This document shows positions 48,991-57,232 of a stretch of 64,000 bases of DNA, piece by piece. The DNA comes from a phage. A model generated the notes under the pieces. The model had not been told where the DNA came from, searched no databases, and worked only from the letters and a program-made list of their open reading frames with translations. A program made the position numbers and the translations under genes. Positions within the stretch are counted from its first letter, which is position 1. Every line of letters starts with the position of its first letter. The stretch lies in sequence record OZ346228.1, one strand, 5' to 3'.

Positions 48991-49436
48991 AACAGGTATA
49001 GCTCCTTATGAAAGTGATCTTTTAATTTCTCACTGAGAAACTTCTTGATACCTTCCTCTAAAGTGTTTTCGATGTAGTCCAGCTTAACTGCTTCGATGGA
49101 CATATCATAGATCGCCAGCTCTAAGCTGTCAAGTCCCATCATAGCATGAACCATAAGATTTTCATCTTCAGATACATTCAGGGGACTTCCTATAACATCT
49201 GGAGGCAGAATAGTTTCCCAATTATTCTGGGTGGTAGTTCTCCCTCCCTCTACTTTACGGCGCAGTTCGAATGTGTTCTTAGTGTAGAACACTTCATAAG
49301 AAACGATACGACTGTCGCTCTCGTAATAAACGAAGTTCAGGTAGGAGCCTAGCCGCAGTCGGCAAACTTCTACCCCAAACCATTGTTTCTTATAAGAATT
49401 CAGGCTAATGCTGTCGCATTCACGTTTGCTCAACAC
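48987..49436 (-). CDS. hypothetical protein
   Basis: 149-aa ORF overlapping neighbour by 4 nt. Confidence 0.4.
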   Translation of the reverse strand: MLSKRECDSISLNSYKKQWFGVEVCRLRLGSYLNFVYYESDSRIVSYEVFYTKNTFELRRKVEGGRTTTQNNWETILPPDVIGSPLNVSEDENLMVHAMMGLDSLELAIYDMSIEAVKLDYIENTLEEGIKKFLSEKLKDHFHKELYLL

Positions 49437-49452
49437 GGCTCTCTCCTTTTTG

Positions 49453-49689
49453 TTAATCTTCGTAAATCAGGATTTCTGCTTTAGGTTTTCGTGCTTTCAT
49501 GTCCAGCTCTATCCAGTGCACCATAGCTGTTTCAAGAAAAACAGCCTGGATGCATCCGTCCTCAGCAGCGTGTCCTAGCAGCATAACAAGATCTTCTCCT
49601 TCGTCATCTGCACCACGAACATACAGAATCTCCCCGGGTTCAAAATCTTTAACAACCTGATTGTTGGATAATTTACGAATTTTCGCCAT
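49453..49689 (-). CDS. small paralog family member 4
   Basis: 78 aa; shares K-rich N-terminus, PG[TE]-hydrophobic motif (EPGEILYV) and acidic C-terminus with the three upstream 87-aa genes. Confidence 0.5.
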   Translation of the reverse strand: MAKIRKLSNNQVVKDFEPGEILYVRGADDEGEDLVMLLGHAAEDGCIQAVFLETAMVHWIELDMKARKPKAEILIYED

Positions 49690-49690
49690 A

Positions 49691-49954
49691 TTAGAAACCC
49701 TCTAAAAAGCTCTTGTAGAAAATAATTTCAGTATCTACACCAGTCACGATCTTATCGTTCCTGATTTCATCTGTAAGGTAGGTGTCAAAACGCAGAACCT
49801 GTGTGGTGTTGTCACACATCCACTCAGCTGTGACCATTGCGAAAATCTTAGCATCTTCATTATCTGGTGTGAATGTTACCACCTCACCGCACTTAAACTT
49901 TTCGATAGGCTGAGTGTTAGCTTTCGGTTCTGCGATAGTGATTTTTGTGGTCAT
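49691..49954 (-). CDS. small paralog family member 3
   Basis: 87 aa; motif KCGEVVTF; tandem with members 1, 2 and 4. Confidence 0.5.
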   Translation of the reverse strand: MTTKITIAEPKANTQPIEKFKCGEVVTFTPDNEDAKIFAMVTAEWMCDNTTQVLRFDTYLTDEIRNDKIVTGVDTEIIFYKSFLEGF

Positions 49955-50217
49955 TATTCTCCTCCTTCTTTTGAATAGCTTGTCTCTCCAAGGATGGTAA
50001 TTTTGGTGTCAAGCTCTGTAACTTTCATGTTTGGCGGCAGATCGTACAACTCATTATTTTCTAAATCGAACCCCCACACACAATGTTCTCCTGTTTTGAC
50101 AATCATAACTATGTTTTGAATGCCGTCTCCGTCGCAACTTACCACAGTCCCACACGGAAAGCTGTCTGCACGCTTTTTGTTCTTCACCTTAGAATTGAAT
50201 ACAATGCTGGTAGCCAT
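49954..50217 (-). CDS. small paralog family member 2
   Basis: 87 aa; motif PCGTVVSC; stop/start overlap with neighbours. Confidence 0.5.
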   Translation of the reverse strand: MATSIVFNSKVKNKKRADSFPCGTVVSCDGDGIQNIVMIVKTGEHCVWGFDLENNELYDLPPNMKVTELDTKITILGETSYSKEGGE

Positions 50218-50480
50218 TATTGTTCCTCCACCATAACTTCGCCAATAATTTCTATGCAGGCATCCATTTCTGTAACAACCAAACTGTGAGGTAGTTCTAC
50301 AAACACCTTTCTGAACAGGTCAAATACCCCAACATATATGTTTGCAGGATGTGATTTTACAACAAGTGCTGTATTCACATCCCCAAGTTCATCAACAAAC
50401 ATCACCACAGTGCCTGGAGCTACTGAGGACAGATACTTCTTAGTTTTACGGTTTGATGCAAATTTTAACTCTGTTGCCAT
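50217..50480 (-). CDS. small paralog family member 1
   Basis: 87 aa; motif APGTVVMFVD; first of four tandem same-length genes directly downstream of the metallopeptidase-VWA gene. Confidence 0.5.
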   Translation of the reverse strand: MATELKFASNRKTKKYLSSVAPGTVVMFVDELGDVNTALVVKSHPANIYVGVFDLFRKVFVELPHSLVVTEMDACIEIIGEVMVEEQ

Positions 50481-50495
50481 AAATAACCTCCTCTC

Positions 50496-51977
50496 TTACT
50501 TAGCGTACTCGATTAATTCCACAGTTTTACCAAAGCTCGGGATATAATTTTTATTATACCCCTCAGTGAGGACCCATAGAGTATCGTACTTTTTCCACTT
50601 GTTGTCAACAACCTTTTGTTCAAAGTTATGCTCAAAGTATAGGTCGGTCAGGACGATGACATCTTTTGCATTAGGTATGTTGGCATCCAGATACTCGAAC
50701 ACGCAAGCAGCTGTTGTGCCCCATGTTGAGTGGACCTCATAGTTGATCATCTCGTCTATGTTGCCGCGAGTGTATACTTTAACCTCTCCAACCTCAGTTG
50801 ACCAACAGAACATTGTAACCTTAAACTCTTTATACAGATTGCACAATCCGGTGATTTCATTGAACATTTTCTTTAAAGTTCTTTGAGAGATCGAGCCAGA
50901 AACGTCTAAAGCCACCACAATATCTATAGTGTTTTCCGGATTACGACCAGGAACAATAACGTGCTGGTTCTTGTTTATAGCCCCAACTTTTCGCATTGTG
51001 CTGGTCAAAGACCCAGATCGGCGACCAGGTTTTCTGTAGGTCAGTTCGGCCTTTCTTTTAGACAACATACGTTGCTTAATGATGTCTATATAGTTGATTA
51101 CAGGCTTACCTCTGTTCTTGACAAACTCACGCACCGCCTCAGGGCAACGGCCTCCGGACGCTTGCATTGCTGCCTCCAGCATATCACCAGAGTCCTGCAT
51201 GGCCTGATCTTTATCAGATTGGCTGATTACAGGTTGTGGCTGATCATACCCCATAGCCTTTCCAAGATTATCACTGGTGCCACCGTTCCCACTCATGTGA
51301 TCATCGGTTTGTCGCTTATCACTTTGAGAGTTCTCACCTTTACCGTTCTTACTTTTACCGTTATTCTGATCTCTTTGCTTATCAAGAACTGCATAAACGT
51401 TCTCAGCAATCCATCCATGAAACTTCATGTCGCAGTAGCAGCTGGCTAAGAAGCCAAAAGGCTTACCTTTCATGAACGTAGTGCTTTTCCCCTTCGGGAA
51501 GAAAACACAAGGGGGTTTGCTAAAGTCAACCACAAGGCCTGTGTTGATAACGTGATCACAAGCAATATTGAACAGTTCCGGCTCAAAGCTTTTACCACGG
51601 ACTAGGTGATCACAGATAATATGCCCCACCTCATGTGACAGAAGGAAGGCCACCTCTTTCACAGATTTTGGGGAATAGAAAACTTCAGCCATCTCAAACT
51701 GCTCGTCAGTTAGAGAAGCCTTAAGAATAGCCTTGCGCTCATCAGCCAATCCCATAATGAACTCAGGACTGTAATAGATGCGTTTATGGTCGGTTGCCAT
51801 GGTGGAGCACCATGTGTGGTTTTCTACGAACTGCAACCCTGACAGTAGTGTGCCATAAAACGGCAGCTTTTCAAGGAGATACATACGTGCAGCCTGCAAC
51901 ATTCTCAGGGCATCATCTTTCTGCGAGGCAATGATTTCTGAACTTCTGCTATCCATTAAAACTCCAGAAGGGGCCAT
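50496..51977 (-). CDS. putative zinc metallopeptidase domain + von Willebrand factor A (VWA) domain protein
   Basis: 493 aa; HExxH motif (HEVGHIICDH) in N-terminal half, Gly/Ser/Asp-rich linker, C-terminal MIDAS-like motif DIVVALDVSGS. Confidence 0.7.
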   Translation of the reverse strand: MAPSGVLMDSRSSEIIASQKDDALRMLQAARMYLLEKLPFYGTLLSGLQFVENHTWCSTMATDHKRIYYSPEFIMGLADERKAILKASLTDEQFEMAEVFYSPKSVKEVAFLLSHEVGHIICDHLVRGKSFEPELFNIACDHVINTGLVVDFSKPPCVFFPKGKSTTFMKGKPFGFLASCYCDMKFHGWIAENVYAVLDKQRDQNNGKSKNGKGENSQSDKRQTDDHMSGNGGTSDNLGKAMGYDQPQPVISQSDKDQAMQDSGDMLEAAMQASGGRCPEAVREFVKNRGKPVINYIDIIKQRMLSKRKAELTYRKPGRRSGSLTSTMRKVGAINKNQHVIVPGRNPENTIDIVVALDVSGSISQRTLKKMFNEITGLCNLYKEFKVTMFCWSTEVGEVKVYTRGNIDEMINYEVHSTWGTTAACVFEYLDANIPNAKDVIVLTDLYFEHNFEQKVVDNKWKKYDTLWVLTEGYNKNYIPSFGKTVELIEYAK

Positions 51978-51989
51978 CGGCCCCTGTCA

Positions 51990-53030
51990 TTATTTAACGT
52001 GTTTGAAAATACCTGCCAACTCGGTCATTGTCATGCGGGTGGTCTTCATAAGATCTGTCATAGCTTTCTCCATAATTGGAGATACTACCATAAAGTTTCC
52101 TTTAGTGAAACCTTTATTCCAGTCGGTCACCAACAGGGGTTTAAGTCCAGCTCCAAGACGTTCACCAGTTAAAGCACAGCATTTGCGAATATACGAACTC
52201 TTAAATTGGCTGAACGACAGATCAACTTTCATACCTACATCGTAGAACGTTTGACAATAGAAAGTGTAAGCTTTGGCAATCTCAACATCATCAGGTAGTG
52301 CAGGAACCTCTTCTGTAAGCTCCTCTTCGACCTCCTGAGTCTCTTTTTCCTCTTCATGCACCTGTTGCGTCATTTCTTCAATCTCTTCTGTGATAGGCTC
52401 GTTTACAATGTCGGAAATGTGCTTCTTGGGTGCACGATAAGTAACTTTAGACATCGGTAGCATATCTTCCTCCTCTTCTTCGTCAAAGAGTGCTAGTTTA
52501 TCCTCTTCCGTTCCATATTGCAAGATGAAATCTTCAAAAGTATAATCACCTTTCAATTTCTCCATACGCTCTTCGCTCAGGTGGAGCATCATCTGCTGGA
52601 CAATTTTTCGATCAGTTTCGTCTTTAATCAAGACTGCAGTCTTTTTATCTACCAGACAGTCCTTTAGAGAGTTGCATCTCAATCCCACCACACAACAGTT
52701 ATCAACCGCATAAGGACCTTCATCATCTATCCGCTCCAGAGATGGGTAGAAAGGATTCCCCAGCCCGTTTTCATCTGTGTGCATGTCAAAAGGTATAAGG
52801 GTATAGTCGCATACTCCATCTCCTAAAAGTTTTTTACCAAATAGGAGGTATTCTTCCCATGACAGGTCGAACTCTATATCTCGTTTCCGTGCGTTATTCT
52901 GTTTGCGTCTATATTTTTTGAGCAAGCGCTCTAACTCTTCTGGTGTATAATATTTTTCAAGATTCATGAGTCGTCTCTCGTGCTCTGTAAGTGAAGAAAT
53001 CGTATCAATTGTCTCAACAGATGTCAACAT
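51990..53030 (-). CDS. tandem His-Me-finger (HNH-like) endonuclease-domain protein
   Basis: ATG at 53030 (track starts at TTG 53033); first domain C.Y..PSLERIDDEGPYAVDNCCVVGLRCNSLK; degenerate second copy ALTGERL..LLVTDWNKGFTKGNFMVV; acidic linker between. Confidence 0.45.
   Translation of the reverse strand: MLTSVETIDTISSLTEHERRLMNLEKYYTPEELERLLKKYRRKQNNARKRDIEFDLSWEEYLLFGKKLLGDGVCDYTLIPFDMHTDENGLGNPFYPSLERIDDEGPYAVDNCCVVGLRCNSLKDCLVDKKTAVLIKDETDRKIVQQMMLHLSEERMEKLKGDYTFEDFILQYGTEEDKLALFDEEEEEDMLPMSKVTYRAPKKHISDIVNEPITEEIEEMTQQVHEEEKETQEVEEELTEEVPALPDDVEIAKAYTFYCQTFYDVGMKVDLSFSQFKSSYIRKCCALTGERLGAGLKPLLVTDWNKGFTKGNFMVVSPIMEKAMTDLMKTTRMTMTELAGIFKHVK
52431..52459. repeat. 29-bp inverted repeat, left copy (reverse complement of TACCGATGTCTAAAGTTACTTATCGTGCA)
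   Basis: Reverse complement of 52431..52459 matches 54293..54321 exactly; lies in linker of tandem-HNH-like gene. Confidence 0.85.
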
Positions 53031-53040
53031 CAAAAACGTG

Positions 53041-53069
53041 TTGACTTTACTCTAACTCCACAATATAGT
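53041..53069 (+). promoter_or_regulatory. sigma70-like promoter for + early operon
   Basis: TTGACT, 17-nt spacer, TATAGT; in divergent region between 53030 (-) and 53110 (+) gene starts. Confidence 0.5.
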
Positions 53070-53109
53070 GCACCCATTCGAAAGAAAACTAACATAGGAG
53101 CACTTACTT

Positions 53110-54009
53110 ATGGCAAATCTTAACAGTTTTAGTACGCGGTGGAAACAGGACATAACAACCAATCTTTCAGCTGGGGACATCCTTTCTGCAATTTACGAGG
53201 CTTTAGATGATAAAGCTACTTCAAAAGCGGTTTGTACCAACCCATTAATTCCTATAGTGATGAAGGTTATTGAGCGTAGATTGGTATCTGGGTCTGATAA
53301 GTGGACATATTTAGATAATGAAGGACACACCTATTCCAATGGGTATGTCGATATAAAAGTAGAATACGCGGTATCATACCGCCGGAGCGGTTCTGTAACT
53401 TTCAACTTCTCTGGAGGTTTTCGATCTCTGGCTACCTCACCTTTTGTTTCCTCAGAGGAGAAGTATGAGCTGCCATTTCTTTGGATGATGGCTAACGCGA
53501 CAGGAAAAACCCCCGTTAGCATCCGAGTAAAATACAACTACAACGGATCTAGTAAGATCTATGCCGAAAGTGTCTCAGCAAGTTTTTATTTTGTGATGGG
53601 GGATGGAATCCTCAAACATATAAAGATGTGCGATATGCATGATGTTATAAATGAAGTGACTGATAAGAATGTTCTAGTGAAAGACCTCAACAATTTTTAT
53701 ACACCTGGAGACTATTACGTCAGCCGTCCACTGTGCATCTTTAATGCCGCACACCCTCTAGGTGAGTATTTGATCGCCAATAGCGATATTGCCAATAACC
53801 GCTTCGAGGTAGCAAGAGTTCAGAATGAGGTATTGACATCTTGCAAGAGCGGTGATAAGTTTACCGAAGAAGAGATGGGTGTTTTAGAAATGATGGGATA
53901 TAAGTGTAGCCTTTGGGTAGATGAGGTGTTTAATGATTGCATCTATGGACAGGATATTTACCCATTAAAGAAGTATACTGATACAAGTTTAATTTATGCG
54001 AGGGTTTGA
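53110..54009 (+). CDS. hypothetical early protein
   Basis: 299 aa; first gene after divergent promoter TTGACT-17-TATAGT; RBS AGGAG. Confidence 0.45.
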   Translation: MANLNSFSTRWKQDITTNLSAGDILSAIYEALDDKATSKAVCTNPLIPIVMKVIERRLVSGSDKWTYLDNEGHTYSNGYVDIKVEYAVSYRRSGSVTFNFSGGFRSLATSPFVSSEEKYELPFLWMMANATGKTPVSIRVKYNYNGSSKIYAESVSASFYFVMGDGILKHIKMCDMHDVINEVTDKNVLVKDLNNFYTPGDYYVSRPLCIFNAAHPLGEYLIANSDIANNRFEVARVQNEVLTSCKSGDKFTEEEMGVLEMMGYKCSLWVDEVFNDCIYGQDIYPLKKYTDTSLIYARV

Positions 54010-54011
54010 CT

Positions 54012-54284
54012 ATGATGAAGGCATGTGGTAATGTATATTACGTCGGTGAACATGTTCAGGCAGACAGTGTGTGGAAATCTATTAAGTCCACCACTGACGA
54101 TGCCCTTCTGAGTGGACTATGTTTCCCCAATCCGGGAGACATCCTCCCTCATCCTGGAGATTTTGTTGTCAACAAGATGGACGGTTATACCGTGTGCCTG
54201 ATGGTTGAAAAAATCTTTTTAGACACTAGACACAATCACCGTCTTGTGTTAAAATTTCAAGAATGTAAAATGACAATTGCCTAA
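54012..54284 (+). CDS. small hypothetical protein
   Basis: ATG at 54012 (track start TTG 54006 overlaps upstream stop). Confidence 0.4.
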   Translation: MMKACGNVYYVGEHVQADSVWKSIKSTTDDALLSGLCFPNPGDILPHPGDFVVNKMDGYTVCLMVEKIFLDTRHNHRLVLKFQECKMTIA

Positions 54285-54292
54285 GGAGACCT

Positions 54293-54321
54293 TACCGATG
54301 TCTAAAGTTACTTATCGTGCA
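54293..54321. repeat. 29-bp inverted repeat, right copy (TACCGATGTCTAAAGTTACTTATCGTGCA)
   Basis: Contains ATG start of 54298 gene; exact inverted match to 52431..52459. Confidence 0.85.
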
Positions 54322-54654
54322 GCTATTTACTGCAATGAACACCCAATCAATAATGATGGTCACTGCCTTTTTAAAGAAAATCAATTGGGCTGTATTGTCC
54401 TCCCTGATGAAGGGGAAGGTTATCTGATTGCATTGACAGGGTTTGAACCTGAGGCTCTGGAAGCCAATCTGGACTACCTGGTAGAAGAGGGTGCTGCAGA
54501 CCTGGTTGCCAATGGCCTCTCCATAAGCCTTGACGAAGTAGAGCGCTTCATGGGCAATTACCGTGTAGTGCGTGAGTTTACTATCGAGGTGGAAACTCCC
54601 GAGTGGAGTAGCCATGAAACTAATGCCGAAGAAAAAGAAGAGGAGGTAGAATAA
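54298..54654 (+). CDS. hypothetical acidic protein
   Basis: ATG 54298 after RBS AAGGAG; N-terminal codons MSKVTYRA lie inside the 29-bp inverted repeat. Confidence 0.45.
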   Translation: MSKVTYRAAIYCNEHPINNDGHCLFKENQLGCIVLPDEGEGYLIALTGFEPEALEANLDYLVEEGAADLVANGLSISLDEVERFMGNYRVVREFTIEVETPEWSSHETNAEEKEEEVE

Positions 54655-54911
54655 TGAAAGTGCAGATCTTGACTAATGCCGAGAAGATGTTTATTGAAGA
54701 TACACCTTTTGAAGCTGGTGAGCTACAGTTCGTTTATTTTGTTGACTTAGATAAGGTGTTTCCTGCACTGAATCTAGGTTTGGATGAAGTTCCTCATAAG
54801 GTTTTGTGCCAAGTTGTTCGTGCCTTAGCGGCAGAGGGGGAGTTCCACACCCTTCAAGATGTCCAGACCTACGGGTATCTTGAACTACAACGAGAAGAAG
54901 AGGTGGACTGA
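54654..54911 (+). CDS. small hypothetical protein
   Basis: 85 aa; start overlaps upstream stop. Confidence 0.4.
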   Translation: MKVQILTNAEKMFIEDTPFEAGELQFVYFVDLDKVFPALNLGLDEVPHKVLCQVVRALAAEGEFHTLQDVQTYGYLELQREEEVD

Positions 54912-54913
54912 TA

Positions 54914-55294
54914 ATGGCTCAGTGGAAGACGACAGTTGACCTTCATGATCAGTGGTTAGGACGCATCACTGAAGACGGGAAGCTAGTGGAGTGGGACAAT
55001 AAGCATGTTAGCGAGTTGGCAAGTATTGTGGCTGGCAAGTTACGCTCCAAGTTCCCTGAACAACTGGATCCTGATAGTTCAAAGTTCGATCCTGAGTTGG
55101 AGGATGTTGTATACTACTTCGATACCGTGGATGACTACGATGCGTGGTTTGCAGCACGGGAGCTTTACCCACAAGGCTCTGCTATGCGCCAGATGGAAGA
55201 AGATTATCCTCCGTGTGAGCAATTCAATAGTGCAATGACTTGCCTCTATGATTGGGCAGATAAGAACCTTGTCTGGATTCGGACTGCATTTTAG
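54914..55294 (+). CDS. hypothetical protein
   Basis: 126-aa ORF in tightly packed + operon. Confidence 0.4.
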   Translation: MAQWKTTVDLHDQWLGRITEDGKLVEWDNKHVSELASIVAGKLRSKFPEQLDPDSSKFDPELEDVVYYFDTVDDYDAWFAARELYPQGSAMRQMEEDYPPCEQFNSAMTCLYDWADKNLVWIRTAF

Positions 55295-55338
55295 TGGGCA
55301 GGAATGGCGGCAAGGATGCCGCTTAAGGAGTAGTAGAG

Positions 55339-55608
55339 ATGTTATACCAGCAATATGAACTTCGTGCAGAAAAAGAGTTAAATTTTGACAAAGATATTCA
55401 CAGATATTATTATGGGAAAGTTAGAGGGCAAGCAAGAAAGTGTACTCCAACACTCTTTTATGCCAGCAGACGACTAGCGCCAGAAGAGGCAACAGCAGAA
55501 AGGGTTGCGTACAACTGGAGAGTCACGTATGATATTGACAGATTCGATGTGATATCTGTTTTGGAAAACTTTGAAAACACTTACACACAAGTAGAGGACT
55601 TTTACTAA
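55339..55608 (+). CDS. small hypothetical protein
   Basis: 89 aa; RBS AAGGAG. Confidence 0.4.
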   Translation: MLYQQYELRAEKELNFDKDIHRYYYGKVRGQARKCTPTLFYASRRLAPEEATAERVAYNWRVTYDIDRFDVISVLENFENTYTQVEDFY

Positions 55609-56792
55609 TGTCAAGAAACGTATTCGAAAGTGGTCAAATCACTGTCCGTGAGTTGCCAGCTATTATTCAGTTTGCCCAACGTCATAGCCGATCTGTCCTA
55701 ATTTTGGGACCAATGGGTGTGGGTAAAAGCCAGGTGATGAAGCAGATCGCTGATAATATGTTCGGTGAGCGAGATGACAACCTTGTTGACGTGCGACTGT
55801 CAGATAAAGATCCTGCCGACTTATCTGGGCTACCTATCCCTGTAGAAGCGGATGGAACTACACGTACAGTGTTTGCAATTCCAGAATTTTGGCCTGCGGA
55901 TCCTGACTGGAGCGGAATTATCTTTCTGGATGAGCTCACTCATGCAGATAACTACCTGCAAAAGGTTGCAATGCAAATTATGCTTGACCACAAGTGCGGC
56001 ACCTATGCATTCCCTAAGGGTTCTGTTTTTGTGGCTGCGGGTAACCGTTCTACAGATGGTGCGGTTCTTTCGGCGCTCGAAGCCCCTCTGGCTAACCGTT
56101 TTATCATTGTAGAGGTTACAAGCAATGCAGAGGTGTTTATTGAGGACTACGCATTCCTCAACGGGGTTCACTCCTCTGTAATTGGGTATCTGAAAAGAGT
56201 TCCATCAGCTATTGATAATTATGAGGCTATGGCTGAGATTAATTGTCCATCTTTTGCCACACCACGATCTTGGGTTGCTGCATCTGACATCTTGCACGAT
56301 TTTGACAGCGGTATTATTTCTGACGCTATGGCCCGTGTTCTTCTGCAAGGTGCTATTGGTCACACTGCAGCGGTAGAGATCTGGACATACCACACCAAGA
56401 AACGCAATTTACCGGAAATCGGTCGGATTATGGCAGGTGGCTGCAAAGAATACGTAGGCCCTAAGCAGCCAGACATTTTGTGGATTCTTGGATCTGAAGG
56501 TTGTATCGCTATTCGTAATATGATGGAAAATGCAAGTATCTCAGACGAAGATCTTGTCAGCTGTGTGGCAAACTTCCTCGATTTCCTTTGGGAAAACTTC
56601 AAGGACGAGAACCGAGATTTTGTATTCTCAGTCTTTATGGCGATGATGAAACCTAATGCCTTAGGAAATGCCTTGCTTATCGGTAAAGGGCGTGACAAGA
56701 TTGTTGCTCAGCTGATCAAAGCATACCCAAACCTGATGAAGATTGTAAAAGAGTTTGGTGAAGAGTTTAGCGCCATTTTGGCTAAAGCTTAA
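55608..56792 (+). CDS. MoxR-like AAA+ ATPase
   Basis: 394 aa; Walker A GPMGVGKS, Walker B IIFLDELTHAD, sensor-like AAGNRS; MoxR/CbbQ-type architecture. Confidence 0.7.
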   Translation: MSRNVFESGQITVRELPAIIQFAQRHSRSVLILGPMGVGKSQVMKQIADNMFGERDDNLVDVRLSDKDPADLSGLPIPVEADGTTRTVFAIPEFWPADPDWSGIIFLDELTHADNYLQKVAMQIMLDHKCGTYAFPKGSVFVAAGNRSTDGAVLSALEAPLANRFIIVEVTSNAEVFIEDYAFLNGVHSSVIGYLKRVPSAIDNYEAMAEINCPSFATPRSWVAASDILHDFDSGIISDAMARVLLQGAIGHTAAVEIWTYHTKKRNLPEIGRIMAGGCKEYVGPKQPDILWILGSEGCIAIRNMMENASISDEDLVSCVANFLDFLWENFKDENRDFVFSVFMAMMKPNALGNALLIGKGRDKIVAQLIKAYPNLMKIVKEFGEEFSAILAKA

Positions 56793-56802
56793 GGGGGGTT
56801 GT

Positions 56803-57183
56803 ATGGCTAAAGTAGGTAAGCGGGGAAACTACCTGGTGGTATTGACCGAGGAGCCGGAGAAGGAGTACGAATGCAGCTCCACTTGCGTGATCGATATCCG
56901 AGAAAAAGATGTAGATGAAATCTGGTTTAAAATATTGGACGCTTGCGATAGCAGTGATTATTTCTTCATTTATGTCAACGATAAGGCTGGATTCTTCCAT
57001 GACGACGGAGAGTTGCCGTATGAAATCTATGAACTTGTAGAGGCTTGCCATCGTGGAGATGCGGAGTTGTTTGGCCTACGGCTGAAAAGCGGTAAATTCT
57101 TCTATCAAGATGAGTGCATGAATCTTCATAACTTTGTAGAGGGAACTTGCAACGATGGAGAGATTTTGGCACACTACGATTAA
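56803..57183 (+). CDS. hypothetical Cys-containing protein
   Basis: ATG 56803 after RBS AAGGGGGG; followed by terminator. Confidence 0.4.
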   Translation: MAKVGKRGNYLVVLTEEPEKEYECSSTCVIDIREKDVDEIWFKILDACDSSDYFFIYVNDKAGFFHDDGELPYEIYELVEACHRGDAELFGLRLKSGKFFYQDECMNLHNFVEGTCNDGEILAHYD

Positions 57184-57196
57184 TTTCTAAGACCTC

Positions 57197-57223
57197 CCCC
57201 GCTTCGGCGGGGATTTTCTATTT
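57197..57223 (+). terminator. rho-independent terminator
   Basis: CCCCCGC-TTCG-GCGGGG then TTTTCTATTT. Confidence 0.65.
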
Positions 57224-57232
57224 GGAGTCATT

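Noticed and set aside
50961-51449. 162-aa + strand ORF inside the metallopeptidase-VWA gene
   Set aside because: Antisense to a gene with clear HExxH and MIDAS motifs; low-complexity translation.
53031-53109. Reverse-strand promoter for the accessory island
   Set aside because: Candidate -10 elements (TATATT, TAAAGT) lack a convincing -35 at 16-18 nt spacing, so no promoter was called for the reverse-strand operon.
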